In this document: positions 56,645-64,000 of the stretch, one piece after another
Layout: the number at the start of each line of letters is the position of its first letter
Position numbering within the stretch: the first letter of the stretch is position 1
DNA from: Pararhodobacter sp.
GTDB taxonomy: Bacteria > Pseudomonadota > Alphaproteobacteria > Rhodobacterales > Rhodobacteraceae
NCBI GenBank assembly: GCA_020832665.1
Contig: JAFIEG010000013.1
Location: 414-64,413, forward strand
Length of the DNA: 64,000 nt
Direction of reading: 5' to 3'
Program-made: the position numbers and the translations under genes
The notes under the pieces: model-generated
The model's database searches: none
What the model saw: the letters and a program-made list of their open reading frames with translations, nothing else
Told to the model about the DNA's origin: nothing

Positions 56645-57481
56645 ATGACCGACGCAAGCCCGAACGCCGCGCTCGAAGCCGCCATCGAGGCCGCCTGGGA
56701 GAAGCGCGATACCGTCACGCCCGAAACAGGCGGCAAGATTCGCGACGCTGTCGAGCAAACCCTCGATGCGCTCGATTCGGGCCAACTGCGCGTGGCCGAG
56801 AAGCGCGGCGATGACTGGCATGTGAACCAATGGGCCAAGAAGGCGGTGCTGCTGGGCTTTCGCCTGAGGGACATGGAACGCCAGGAGGGCGGCCCCCAGG
56901 GCGGCAGCTGGTGGGACAAGGTGGACAGCAAGTTCGCCGGCTGGAAGAAGAAGGACTGGCGCGCCGCCGGCTTTCGCGCCGTGCCCAACTGCATAGTGCG
57001 CCGCTCGGCCTATATCGCGCCCGGCGTGGTGCTGATGCCCTCCTTCGTCAATCTGGGCGCGCATGTCGATTCGGGCACCATGGTCGATACCTGGGCCACG
57101 GTGGGTTCCTGTGCGCAGATCGGCAAGAATGTGCATCTGTCGGGCGGGGTGGGCATTGGCGGCGTGCTCGAGCCAATGCAGGCCAACCCCACCATCATCG
57201 AGGATAACTGCTTCATCGGCGCGCGCTCGGAAGTCGTCGAGGGGGTGATCGTGCGCGAGGGTTCGGTGCTGGGCATGGGCGTGTTCATCGGCCAGTCCAC
57301 AAGGATCGTCGATCGCGCCACCGGCGAAGTGATGTATGGCGAGGTGCCCTCGGGCTCGGTGGTGGTGGCGGGCTCGATGCCATCCTCGGGTGGCGTGCAT
57401 CTCTACTGCGCGGTGATCGTCAAGCGGGTGGATGCGCAGACCCGCGCCAAGACCTCGATCAACGAGCTCTTGCGCGACTGA
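56645..57481 (+). CDS. dapD: 2,3,4,5-tetrahydropyridine-2,6-dicarboxylate N-succinyltransferase
   Basis: Start at ATG 56645 ([22 protein letters not shown]..). Hexapeptide-repeat C-terminal half. ..[14 protein letters not shown].. is typical of DapD. Confidence 0.9.
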   Translation: MTDASPNAALEAAIEAAWEKRDTVTPETGGKIRDAVEQTLDALDSGQLRVAEKRGDDWHVNQWAKKAVLLGFRLRDMERQEGGPQGGSWWDKVDSKFAGWKKKDWRAAGFRAVPNCIVRRSAYIAPGVVLMPSFVNLGAHVDSGTMVDTWATVGSCAQIGKNVHLSGGVGIGGVLEPMQANPTIIEDNCFIGARSEVVEGVIVREGSVLGMGVFIGQSTRIVDRATGEVMYGEVPSGSVVVAGSMPSSGGVHLYCAVIVKRVDAQTRAKTSINELLRD

Positions 57482-57497
57482 TGCGCGCAATCTGCCC

Positions 57498-58214
57498 GTG
57501 CCCCGGCCGCGTGCGCATCACATTGCACTGGCAGCGCTGCAGGGCGGCTGGGTCGCCCTGCGCACCCCCCGCCTGCCCGAGGCCACCGGCCCCCGCCAGG
57601 GAAGCGCCGGCACCGGGCCAGGGCTGCGGCTGCTGATTGCGGGCGATTCCTCGGCCGCCGGGGTGGGCGTGGCCTCGCAAGACGCGGCGCTGGCCGGGCA
57701 GCTGGCGCACGCGCTGGCGGGTGATTTCTCGGTAGAATGGAGGCTGATCGCCCATTCGGGCGCCACCACGGCGGCCATGCTGAAGCGGCTGGAAGGCGAG
57801 ATACAACCCTGCACTGGCTTCGATGCCGCCGTGCTGGCGCTGGGCGTCAACGATGTCATCCGCCAGGTGCCGCTGCACCGCTGGCTGGAACGGCAAGAGG
57901 CGCTGCACCGCCACCTCACCGGCGCGCTGGGGGTGCGCTTTGTCTATGCCTCGGGTGTGCCGCCGATGGGGCGCTTTCCAGCGCTGCCGGCAACGCTCGC
58001 CGCCCTGCTAGGCACCCGCGCCGCGCGCTTCGATGCCGCGCTGGCGGCGCTGTCGCCGCGCCTGCAGGGCCACCGCCACCTGCCCTTCTCGCCGGAACTG
58101 CTTGACAGCAAGGTCATGGCATCCGATGGGTTTCACCCCGGCGCGACGGGCTATGCGCATTGGGCCGCCGCGCTCGCCCACGCCATCCGCGCCGATTTCG
58201 GAGCCACGCCATGA
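57498..58214 (+). CDS. SGNH/GDSL-family hydrolase
   Basis: Block I ..LLIAGDSSAAGVG.., block III ..LALGVNDV.., block V ..DGFHP... Start uncertain: GTG 57498 avoids the 50-nt overlap with dapD implied by the ORF-track start 57432. Confidence 0.7.
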   Translation: MPRPRAHHIALAALQGGWVALRTPRLPEATGPRQGSAGTGPGLRLLIAGDSSAAGVGVASQDAALAGQLAHALAGDFSVEWRLIAHSGATTAAMLKRLEGEIQPCTGFDAAVLALGVNDVIRQVPLHRWLERQEALHRHLTGALGVRFVYASGVPPMGRFPALPATLAALLGTRAARFDAALAALSPRLQGHRHLPFSPELLDSKVMASDGFHPGATGYAHWAAALAHAIRADFGATP

Positions 58215-58525
58215 GCCAGCCTTTGCAGGTGTTCACCCTTGTCGTGGAGCTGGGCCGTAAACCCGGCGACGGCCTGCCCGAGGGCAGCACGGGTGCCGGG
58301 CTCGTCGTCTATGCCGCCGGGCGTGACGAGGCCGAGGCGGTGCGCGAGACGGTGGCGGTGCTGAAACAGGCCGATCTGGCGCCGCTCGACGTGTCGGGCT
58401 ACGGCACGCTGGAAGAGCGCCTGGGTCATGGCGACGAGATCGACGCGAAGGAACGTGCCCTGATGCAGCGCGCGCTCGACGAGAACGCGGTGATCGTGGC
58501 GCAGATGACGCCGTTCACGGGCTGA
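58211..58525 (+). CDS. Hypothetical 104-aa protein, translationally coupled to the SGNH hydrolase
   Basis: ATGA overlap at 58211-58214. Acidic, non-repetitive sequence with normal codon character. Confidence 0.5.
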   Translation: MSQPLQVFTLVVELGRKPGDGLPEGSTGAGLVVYAAGRDEAEAVRETVAVLKQADLAPLDVSGYGTLEERLGHGDEIDAKERALMQRALDENAVIVAQMTPFTG

Positions 58526-58549
58526 ACCTGCCCCTGCCCGCCCCCCGAC

Positions 58550-58616
58550 CGCCCCCTTCATCTTGCCAACAAATACTCCGGGGGGAGCCCCGCAGGGGCG
58601 GGGGACAGCGCCCCCC
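58550..58616 (+). repeat. Family B intergenic element
   Basis: CCGCCCCCTTCATCTTGCCAACAAATACTCCGGGGGGA-GCCCC-GCA-GGGGC-GGGGGAC-AGC-GCCCCCC. It fills the spacer between two convergent genes and abuts the stop at 58617. Confidence 0.8.
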
Positions 58617-59576
58617 TCAGGCCACCGGGTTCGGCAGTGGCAGCCCGTCGCGAAAGGCGCGCGCATTGGCCAGCGCCATCATCCCCATCGCCTCGCGCAC
58701 CTCCAGCGCGGCGGTGCCCAGATGCGGCAGCAAGACCACATTCTCCAGCGCGCGCAGCGCCTCGGGCACATGCGGCTCGTGCTCATAGACATCAAGCCCG
58801 GCCCCGGCGATGCGCCCTTCCTGCAACGCCGCGATCAGCGCCGCCTCATCCACCACATCGCCGCGCGCGACATTCACCAGATGCGCATGCGCGCGCATGG
58901 TGGCCAGCGCGGCCGCATCGACCAGGTGATGCGTCTCGGGGCTTGCCGGCACCGCCACCACCACGATATCAGCCGCCGCCATCACTTCTTGCAACGAGGG
59001 CAGAGCGCGCGCCTCGGTCAGGTCGGGCAGCTTGCGCGGGGTGCGGGTGTGATAGACCACTTCCATGCCGAAGCCGAAATGCGCGCGCCGCGCCACCGCC
59101 CGACCGATCCGCCCCATGCCGATCACGCCCAGCACCTTGCCGCTCATATGCAGGCCAAGAAGCTGCGTCGGGTGCCAGCCCTGCCAGCGCTCGGCGCGCA
59201 CCAGCCGCTCGCCCTCGCCAGCGCGGCGTGCGCTCATCAGCATCAGCGTCAGCGCGATATCGGCGGTGGCATCGGTCACTGCGCCGGGGGTGTTGGCCAC
59301 TTCAAGCCCGGCGGCGCGGGCGGCGGCCACATCGATATGGTTGTAGCCGACGCCGAAATTGGCCAGCAGCCGCGCGCGCATTCGCGGCACGGCGGCAAAT
59401 ACTTCGGCATCGAATCGATCGCCCAGCGTGGGGATCAGCACATCATGCGCGCCCAGCGCCGCCACCATTTCAGCCTGGCTCATCGGCGCGTTGCTCTCGC
59501 GCAGCGTCACCGCGAAATCCGCGCGCGCCGCCTCAACCACCCGCTCCGGGAGCGGGCGCGAAAAGAACAACCGCAT
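58617..59576 (-). CDS. D-isomer-specific 2-hydroxyacid dehydrogenase (glyoxylate/hydroxypyruvate reductase-like)
   Basis: NAD motif ..VLGVIGMGRIGRAVARR.., catalytic ..VNVARGDVVDE.. and ..PHLGTA... Start at ATG 59576 (MRLFFSRPLPE..). The upstream part of ORF 58617..59813 is poly-Pro/Gly from homopolymer tracts. Confidence 0.85.
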   Translation of the reverse strand: MRLFFSRPLPERVVEAARADFAVTLRESNAPMSQAEMVAALGAHDVLIPTLGDRFDAEVFAAVPRMRARLLANFGVGYNHIDVAAARAAGLEVANTPGAVTDATADIALTLMLMSARRAGEGERLVRAERWQGWHPTQLLGLHMSGKVLGVIGMGRIGRAVARRAHFGFGMEVVYHTRTPRKLPDLTEARALPSLQEVMAAADIVVVAVPASPETHHLVDAAALATMRAHAHLVNVARGDVVDEAALIAALQEGRIAGAGLDVYEHEPHVPEALRALENVVLLPHLGTAALEVREAMGMMALANARAFRDGLPLPNPVA

Positions 59577-59645
59577 CGCCTGCGACGGCGCCGCCATTAC
59601 CCCGCCCCCTTGCGAGTGCGGGAATTGACAGCGCCCATGCCGCGC

Positions 59646-59761
59646 GGGGGGGGGGGGGGGGGCCCCGCCGGGGCGCGGGGAATAAACCGCCCCGTCAGCC
59701 CCGCCCCCCCCCCGCGGGCGGCGTCTGTTCGATCCCCCCCCCCCGGGCGGGGGGGGGGGGG
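59646..59761. repeat. Cluster of long homopolymer tracts: G17 (59646-59662), C10 (59704-59713), C11 (59734-59744), G13 (59749-59761)
   Basis: Counted directly from the sequence. Intergenic, between the csaA stop (59807) and the dehydrogenase start (59576). Confidence 0.9.
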
Positions 59762-59806
59762 CGGGCGCGCGGGTGCGCCGGGCGGCGCTGTCAATACCGC
59801 GCCGCT

Positions 59807-60160
59807 TCAGCACAGCCGCGCCCCGTCGGGCACCGGGCGCTCGGGGCCGATCAGCACGATGGCCCCCTTGTCATCGGCCAGCCCCAGCACCAGCACCTCG
59901 GAACGCATAGGCCCGATCTGGCGCGGCGGGAAATTCACCACCGCCAGCACCTGTCTTCCGATCAGTTCCTCGGGCGCGTAATGCTCGGTGATCTGCGCCG
60001 AGGATTTGCGCTCGCCGATCTCGGCGCCGAAATCGATGTGCAGCTTCAGCGCCGGCTTGCGCGCCTGCGCGAAGGGCTCGGCCGCGACCACCGTTCCAAC
60101 CCGTATATCAACCTTGAGGAAGTCATCGAAGGCTATGGTCTCTGCCGATGCGCCGCTCAT
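59807..60160 (-). CDS. csaA: tRNA-binding domain protein (CsaA/YgjH-like)
   Basis: 117 aa. ..[14 protein letters not shown].......KPALKL.IDFG.E.G...SSAQIT..Y.PEELIGR.V.AVVNF.P... is typical of CsaA. Confidence 0.8.
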   Translation of the reverse strand: MSGASAETIAFDDFLKVDIRVGTVVAAEPFAQARKPALKLHIDFGAEIGERKSSAQITEHYAPEELIGRQVLAVVNFPPRQIGPMRSEVLVLGLADDKGAIVLIGPERPVPDGARLC

Positions 60161-60969
60161 TGCCCCAGCTCCCGCGAGCGCGCCGCCGCTGCAGCCACCG
60201 CCCGGCGCAATAACGGCGGGAAGCCATGATCGGCATCCATCAGCACCTGCAGCGCCGCCGCCGTGGTACCGCCGGGGCTGGTGACGTTTTCGCGCAGCAC
60301 GCCCGGCGCCTCGCCGTTTTCCTCGGCGAGCGCGCCGGCGCCGGCGACGGTGGCGCGCGCCAGTTGCAGCGCCAGTTCCGGCGCCAGCCCTTCGGCCTCG
60401 CCGGCCGCGGCCAGCGCCTCGATCAGGTGAAACACATACGCCGGGCCCGAACCGGAAACCCCGGTCACCGCATCCATCTGCGCCTCGCTTTCCAGCGCCA
60501 CCACCTGCCCGACCGCGCCCATCAGCGCCTCGGCCAGCGCCAGCCCGGCGGCATCGACGCGGTCATTGCCGATCAGCGCCGTGATGCCACGCCCCACCGC
60601 CGCCGGGGTGTTGGGCATCGCCCGCACCACCGGCGCCGCCTCGCCCAGCGCTGCGGCCAGCACGGCCAGCCCGGTGCCCGCCGCGATGGAGATAAAGAGC
60701 GTGCCGCCACCGCCCAGCGCGGCCAGTTGCGGCAGCGCCGCGCCCATCATCTGCGGCTTGACCGCCAGCACCGCCACCGCCGGATCGGCCGGAAGCGGGC
60801 CGCCCAGATGCACGCCGGTTGACATCAGCCAGTCCGAAGGGCGCGGCTCGATCACATGCACCGCCCCGGCCTGAAGCCCGTGCGCCAGCCAACCGGCCAG
60901 CAGCGCCGAGCCCATCTTGCCGCAGCCCAGCAGCACCAGGCCGCGCCCGTTCAATTCGCTCAGATCCAT
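60157..60969 (-). CDS. proC: Pyrroline-5-carboxylate reductase
   Basis: ..[14 protein letters not shown].. NADP motif, ..RAMPNTPA.., ..VTSPGGTT....L... 270 aa. Confidence 0.9.
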   Translation of the reverse strand: MDLSELNGRGLVLLGCGKMGSALLAGWLAHGLQAGAVHVIEPRPSDWLMSTGVHLGGPLPADPAVAVLAVKPQMMGAALPQLAALGGGGTLFISIAAGTGLAVLAAALGEAAPVVRAMPNTPAAVGRGITALIGNDRVDAAGLALAEALMGAVGQVVALESEAQMDAVTGVSGSGPAYVFHLIEALAAAGEAEGLAPELALQLARATVAGAGALAEENGEAPGVLRENVTSPGGTTAAALQVLMDADHGFPPLLRRAVAAAAARSRELGQ

Positions 60970-61008
60970 GCTGCCCCCCCTGGATGGCCCCGTTTTCGGG
61001 GTCGCAGC

Positions 61009-61512
61009 CTAGGCGCGCCCCCAGGCCTGCGCAATGGCCATCTGCACCGCGTCTTCGGGGTTGCGATCGGCCCAGGCAACCAGCTGAAAGGCCGGGTAGA
61101 ACCGTTCGCAATTGGCAATCGCAGTGCCGATCATCTGGTCGATCTGCTCGGGCGCGGCCACCTGTCCGCCCGACAGGAGCAGCCCGTAACGCCACACCAT
61201 CAACCGCTGCGCTGCCCAATAGGTGAAATTGCCGCCCCAGATCAGATCATTGGCCAGGTTCAGCACCGCCATCATCTCGGGCATGCGGGCTTCGGGCGGC
61301 TCCATCTCGAAGGTGCAGATCAGCCGCAAGGTCTGATCCACGCCCGACCAGGCCAGCGTCAGCGAATAGCTGCGCCACTGCCCCTCGACGGCCATGGCGA
61401 TCTGGTCGTCCCCGACGCGGTCGAATTCCCAGGCGCGATGCTCGGCGAGGGTTTCAACGATATCGATCGGGTGGATCTCGTCGGTCAGCAGATGGTCGTC
61501 GGACAAGGGCAT
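61009..61512 (-). CDS. YbjN-domain protein
   Basis: 167 aa. ..HPIDIVE.LA....WEFDR..DD.I.M.V.G.W..Y..TLAW.. pattern of alphaproteobacterial YbjN-like proteins found next to proC (from memory). Confidence 0.7.
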   Translation of the reverse strand: MPLSDDHLLTDEIHPIDIVETLAEHRAWEFDRVGDDQIAMAVEGQWRSYSLTLAWSGVDQTLRLICTFEMEPPEARMPEMMAVLNLANDLIWGGNFTYWAAQRLMVWRYGLLLSGGQVAAPEQIDQMIGTAIANCERFYPAFQLVAWADRNPEDAVQMAIAQAWGRA

Positions 61513-61709
61513 GTCCCGGCCTTTCTTTGTCTCGCTTCATGCCGGCCTGACCCACAAGAAGCAGAGGTGCTGGCAAGAGGCGACAAAACTTGTTGTGCCC
61601 CTTACTAGATATGGTGTGGCAAAAGCGAAAGCCTGTAAAGGAAAAATTCCTGTGGAAAACCCTTTTGGCCGGCCTGTCGACATTCATGAGACAGGGCAGA
61701 AATAGTTTG

Positions 61710-61723
61710 ACTGACCGGTCGGT
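61710..61723. promoter_or_regulatory. Imperfect palindrome ACTGACC|GGTCGGT (core GACCGGTC) ~72 nt upstream of paaG; candidate operator
   Basis: Seen directly in the AT-richer 282-bp region upstream of the paa genes. It overlaps a TTGACT hexamer (61707-61712). The half-site resembles ACTNACCG reported for a TetR-type PaaR (memory, not checked). Confidence 0.2.
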
Positions 61724-61794
61724 TTATGACAGCTTCCTGCGCGCGCAGTAGGGGTGTGCGCAAGCAGGCAATCGAACACCGGGAGGAGGGCATC

Positions 61795-62586
61795 ATGGCC
61801 GGAGTGGAAAGCATCTTGACGGCACGCGAGGGGGGGCTGCTGCAGATCACTCTCAACCGCCCCGACAAGCTCAATGCCTTCGATGACGCGATGCATCTGG
61901 CACTGCGCAGTGCGCTTGACATCGCGCGGCGCGAACCTGCGGTGCGCGCAGTGCTCATCACCGGCGCCGGGCGCGGCTTCTGCGCCGGACAGGATCTGGG
62001 CGCGCGCGACCCGCGCTCGGGCGAAAGGGCCGATCTGGGCGAAACCATCGGCAATTTCTACAACCCCCTCATCCAGCAGTTGCGCGGGCTGGAAAAACCC
62101 ATCATCTGCGCGGTCAATGGCGTTGCCGCCGGGGCCGGGGCCAATATCGCGCTAGCCTGCGACATTGTCATTGCCGCGCATTCGGCGCGCTTCATCCAGG
62201 CCTTTTCCAAGCTCGGGCTGGTGCCCGACGCAGGGGGCTCGTGGTCGCTTTCCCGGCTGCTGGGCGAGGCCCGCGCCAAGGGGCTTGCGCTCACCGCCGA
62301 GCCGCTTGATGCCGAGACCGCCGCCGCCTGGGGGCTGATCTGGAAGGCGGTGCCCGACGAGGCGCTGATGCCCGAAGCCTCGGCGCTGGCCACCCGCCTG
62401 GCCGAGGGCCCGACGCTGGGGCTGGGCCTGACCAAGCGCGCCATCCAGGCTGCCGCCACCAATGACATGGATGCCCAGCTTGACATGGAACAGCAACTCC
62501 AGCGCCAGGCGGGCTTCAGCGAAGACTATGCCGAGGGCGTGGCCGCCTTCCTCGACAAGCGCAAACCGGATTTCAAGGGAAAATGA
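61795..62586 (+). CDS. paaG: Enoyl-CoA hydratase/isomerase family, PaaG-like (1,2-epoxyphenylacetyl-CoA isomerase)
   Basis: Crotonase motifs ..[12 protein letters not shown].., ..[13 protein letters not shown].., ..[23 protein letters not shown]... Context with paaI and paaK. RBS GGGAGGAGGG. Confidence 0.8.
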   Translation: MAGVESILTAREGGLLQITLNRPDKLNAFDDAMHLALRSALDIARREPAVRAVLITGAGRGFCAGQDLGARDPRSGERADLGETIGNFYNPLIQQLRGLEKPIICAVNGVAAGAGANIALACDIVIAAHSARFIQAFSKLGLVPDAGGSWSLSRLLGEARAKGLALTAEPLDAETAAAWGLIWKAVPDEALMPEASALATRLAEGPTLGLGLTKRAIQAAATNDMDAQLDMEQQLQRQAGFSEDYAEGVAAFLDKRKPDFKGK

Positions 62587-63044
62587 GCACCGCCATGAAT
62601 GTTCAGACCATGTCCGCCCAGCAACTCGCCGAAGCCAGCGCACAGGCAATGTGGAGCGAGGACCGCGCCTCGCAATGGCTGGGCATGCAGATCGATGCCA
62701 TCGCCCCGGGCCGGGCCACGCTCAGCATGGAAGTGGCGCGCAGCATGACCAACGGCCACGACAGCTGCCATGGCGGCTTCATCTTCACGCTGGCCGACAG
62801 CGCCTTTGCCTTTGCATGCAACAGCTACAACCAGCGCGCCGTGGCGCAGATGGTGCAGATCACCTATATCGCGCCGGCCTATCACGGCGACCGGCTGACG
62901 GCCGAGGCGCGCGAGATCTCGCGGCGCGGGCGCAGCGGCATCTACGATATACGCGTCAGCAACCAAAAGGGCGAGCATATAGCCGAATTCCGCGGCCATT
63001 CGCGTATCGTCAAGGGCACGCTGGTGCCCGAAACCACCGAGTGA
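62583..63044 (+). CDS. paaI: Hydroxyphenylacetyl-CoA thioesterase PaaI (hotdog fold)
   Basis: ..[25 protein letters not shown].. is the PaaI signature. ATGA overlap with paaG. Confidence 0.85.
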   Translation: MSTAMNVQTMSAQQLAEASAQAMWSEDRASQWLGMQIDAIAPGRATLSMEVARSMTNGHDSCHGGFIFTLADSAFAFACNSYNQRAVAQMVQITYIAPAYHGDRLTAEAREISRRGRSGIYDIRVSNQKGEHIAEFRGHSRIVKGTLVPETTE

Positions 63045-63052
63045 GGATCACC

Positions 63053-64000
63053 ATGGAAGACCTTTCCCCCCGCCCTGGCGAGCTGGAACCCATCGAGACC
63101 GCCTCGCGCGATGAAATCACCGCGCTGCAGCTGGAGCGGCTGAAATGGTCGCTGCGCCACGCCTATGAGAACTCGGCCTTCTACCGCCAGCGCTTCGATG
63201 CGCACGGCGTGCATCCCGATGACCTGAACACCCTGGCCGATCTGGCGAAATTCCCCTTCACCCGCAAAACCGATCTGCGCGACACCTACCCTTTCGGCAT
63301 GTTCGCCGTCCCGCGCGAGAAGCTGGTGCGCATCCATGCCTCCTCAGGCACCACCGGCAAACCCACCGTGGTGGGCTACACCGCGCGCGACATCGATACC
63401 TGGGCATCGCTGGTGGCGCGCTCGATCCGCGCCTCGGGCGGGCGCGCCGGCGATATCGTGCATGTCGCCTATGGCTACGGGCTCTTCACCGGGGGGCTGG
63501 GCGCGCATTACGGCGCCGAAAAGCTGGGCTGCACCGTGGTGCCCATCTCGGGCGGCATGACCGAACGCCAGGTAACGCTGATCAACGATTTCAAGCCGCG
63601 CGTGATCATGGTCACCCCCAGTTACATGCTGTCGATCCTTGATGAATTCCATCGCCAGGGGCTGGACCCGCGCGAATCCTCGCTCGCCGTCGGCATCTTC
63701 GGCGCCGAGCCCTGGACCAACGCCATGCGCGGCGAGATCGAGGAAGCCTTCGACATGCATGCGGTCGATATCTACGGCCTGTCCGAAGTGATGGGGCCGG
63801 GCGTGGCCAATGAATGCGTGGAAACCAAGGACGGGCTGCATCTCTGGGAAGATCATTTCTACCCCGAGATCATCGACCCCGAAACCGGCGAGGTGCTGCC
63901 CGATGGCGAGATGGGCGAGTTGGTGTTCACCACGCTCACCAAGGAAGGGCTGCCCATCATCCGCTACCGCACGCGCGATCTCACGCGGCTTCTGCCCGGC
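63053..64000 (+). CDS. paaK: Phenylacetate-CoA ligase, 3' end outside the window
   Basis: My own translation from ATG 63053 (not in the ORF track because no stop is reached): [75 protein letters not shown].. is typical of PaaK. Confidence 0.85.
   Translation, partial: MEDLSPRPGELEPIETASRDEITALQLERLKWSLRHAYENSAFYRQRFDAHGVHPDDLNTLADLAKFPFTRKTDLRDTYPFGMFAVPREKLVRIHASSGTTGKPTVVGYTARDIDTWASLVARSIRASGGRAGDIVHVAYGYGLFTGGLGAHYGAEKLGCTVVPISGGMTERQVTLINDFKPRVIMVTPSYMLSILDEFHRQGLDPRESSLAVGIFGAEPWTNAMRGEIEEAFDMHAVDIYGLSEVMGPGVANECVETKDGLHLWEDHFYPEIIDPETGEVLPDGEMGELVFTTLTKEGLPIIRYRTRDLTRLLPG

Overview
Very GC-rich, densely coding chromosomal segment that looks alphaproteobacterial (Rhodobacterales-like gene content and synteny). 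I support about 60 protein genes. I found no rRNA, tRNA, CRISPR array, prophage or recognisable defence island. Gene order, left to right: (1) a LivK/H/M-G/F-type ABC importer; (2) a 0.9-kb non-coding patch with REP-like hairpin repeats and an IS110-type transposase relic; (3) a c-di-GMP signalling hub, with an H-NOX-like sensor, an HNOBA-GGDEF cyclase, HAD and DUF3572 on one strand and pleD divergent; (4) M24 peptidase, FMN hydroxy-acid dehydrogenase, hemF, pth, rplY and an MFS transporter; (5) a leucine-catabolic liu cluster (ivd ... mccB, mccA); (6) a cytochrome P450 translationally coupled to a membrane hydrolase-like protein; (7) a NUDIX/DUF983 pair; (8) an EF-hand / ECF sigma / anti-sigma / Spy-like periplasmic cassette; (9) yaaA, yggT and recQ; (10) a complete chemotaxis cluster: divergent soluble receptor, STAS, cheY, cheA, cheW, NIT-domain MCP, cheW, cheR, cheB; (11) two cytoplasmic hybrid histidine kinases, thiolase, rnr, dapE, LOG, dapD, SGNH hydrolase, 2-hydroxyacid dehydrogenase, csaA, proC and ybjN; (12) the start of a phenylacetate cluster (paaG, paaI, paaK, the last 3' partial). 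Most notable observations: (a) the H-NOX-like sensor appears to lack the heme-ligating His and the YxSxR motif, yet is coupled to an sGC-style HNOBA-coiled-coil-GGDEF enzyme; (b) the cheA reading frame is broken at a C5 run in the P2-P3 linker; (c) a roughly 70-nt intergenic element occurs 5 times, and its first hairpin keeps a GCA loop while the stem sequence changes with compensating bases; (d) a second REP-like hairpin family includes a 3 x 28 bp tandem array beside the IS relic; (e) an intergenic block carries G17/C10/C11/G13 homopolymer tracts upstream of a dehydrogenase gene; (f) a 57-bp duplication of the 5' end of the hydroxy-acid dehydrogenase gene brackets a small secreted-protein gene. 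All functional calls rest on motif recognition by eye from the supplied translations. No database search was run.
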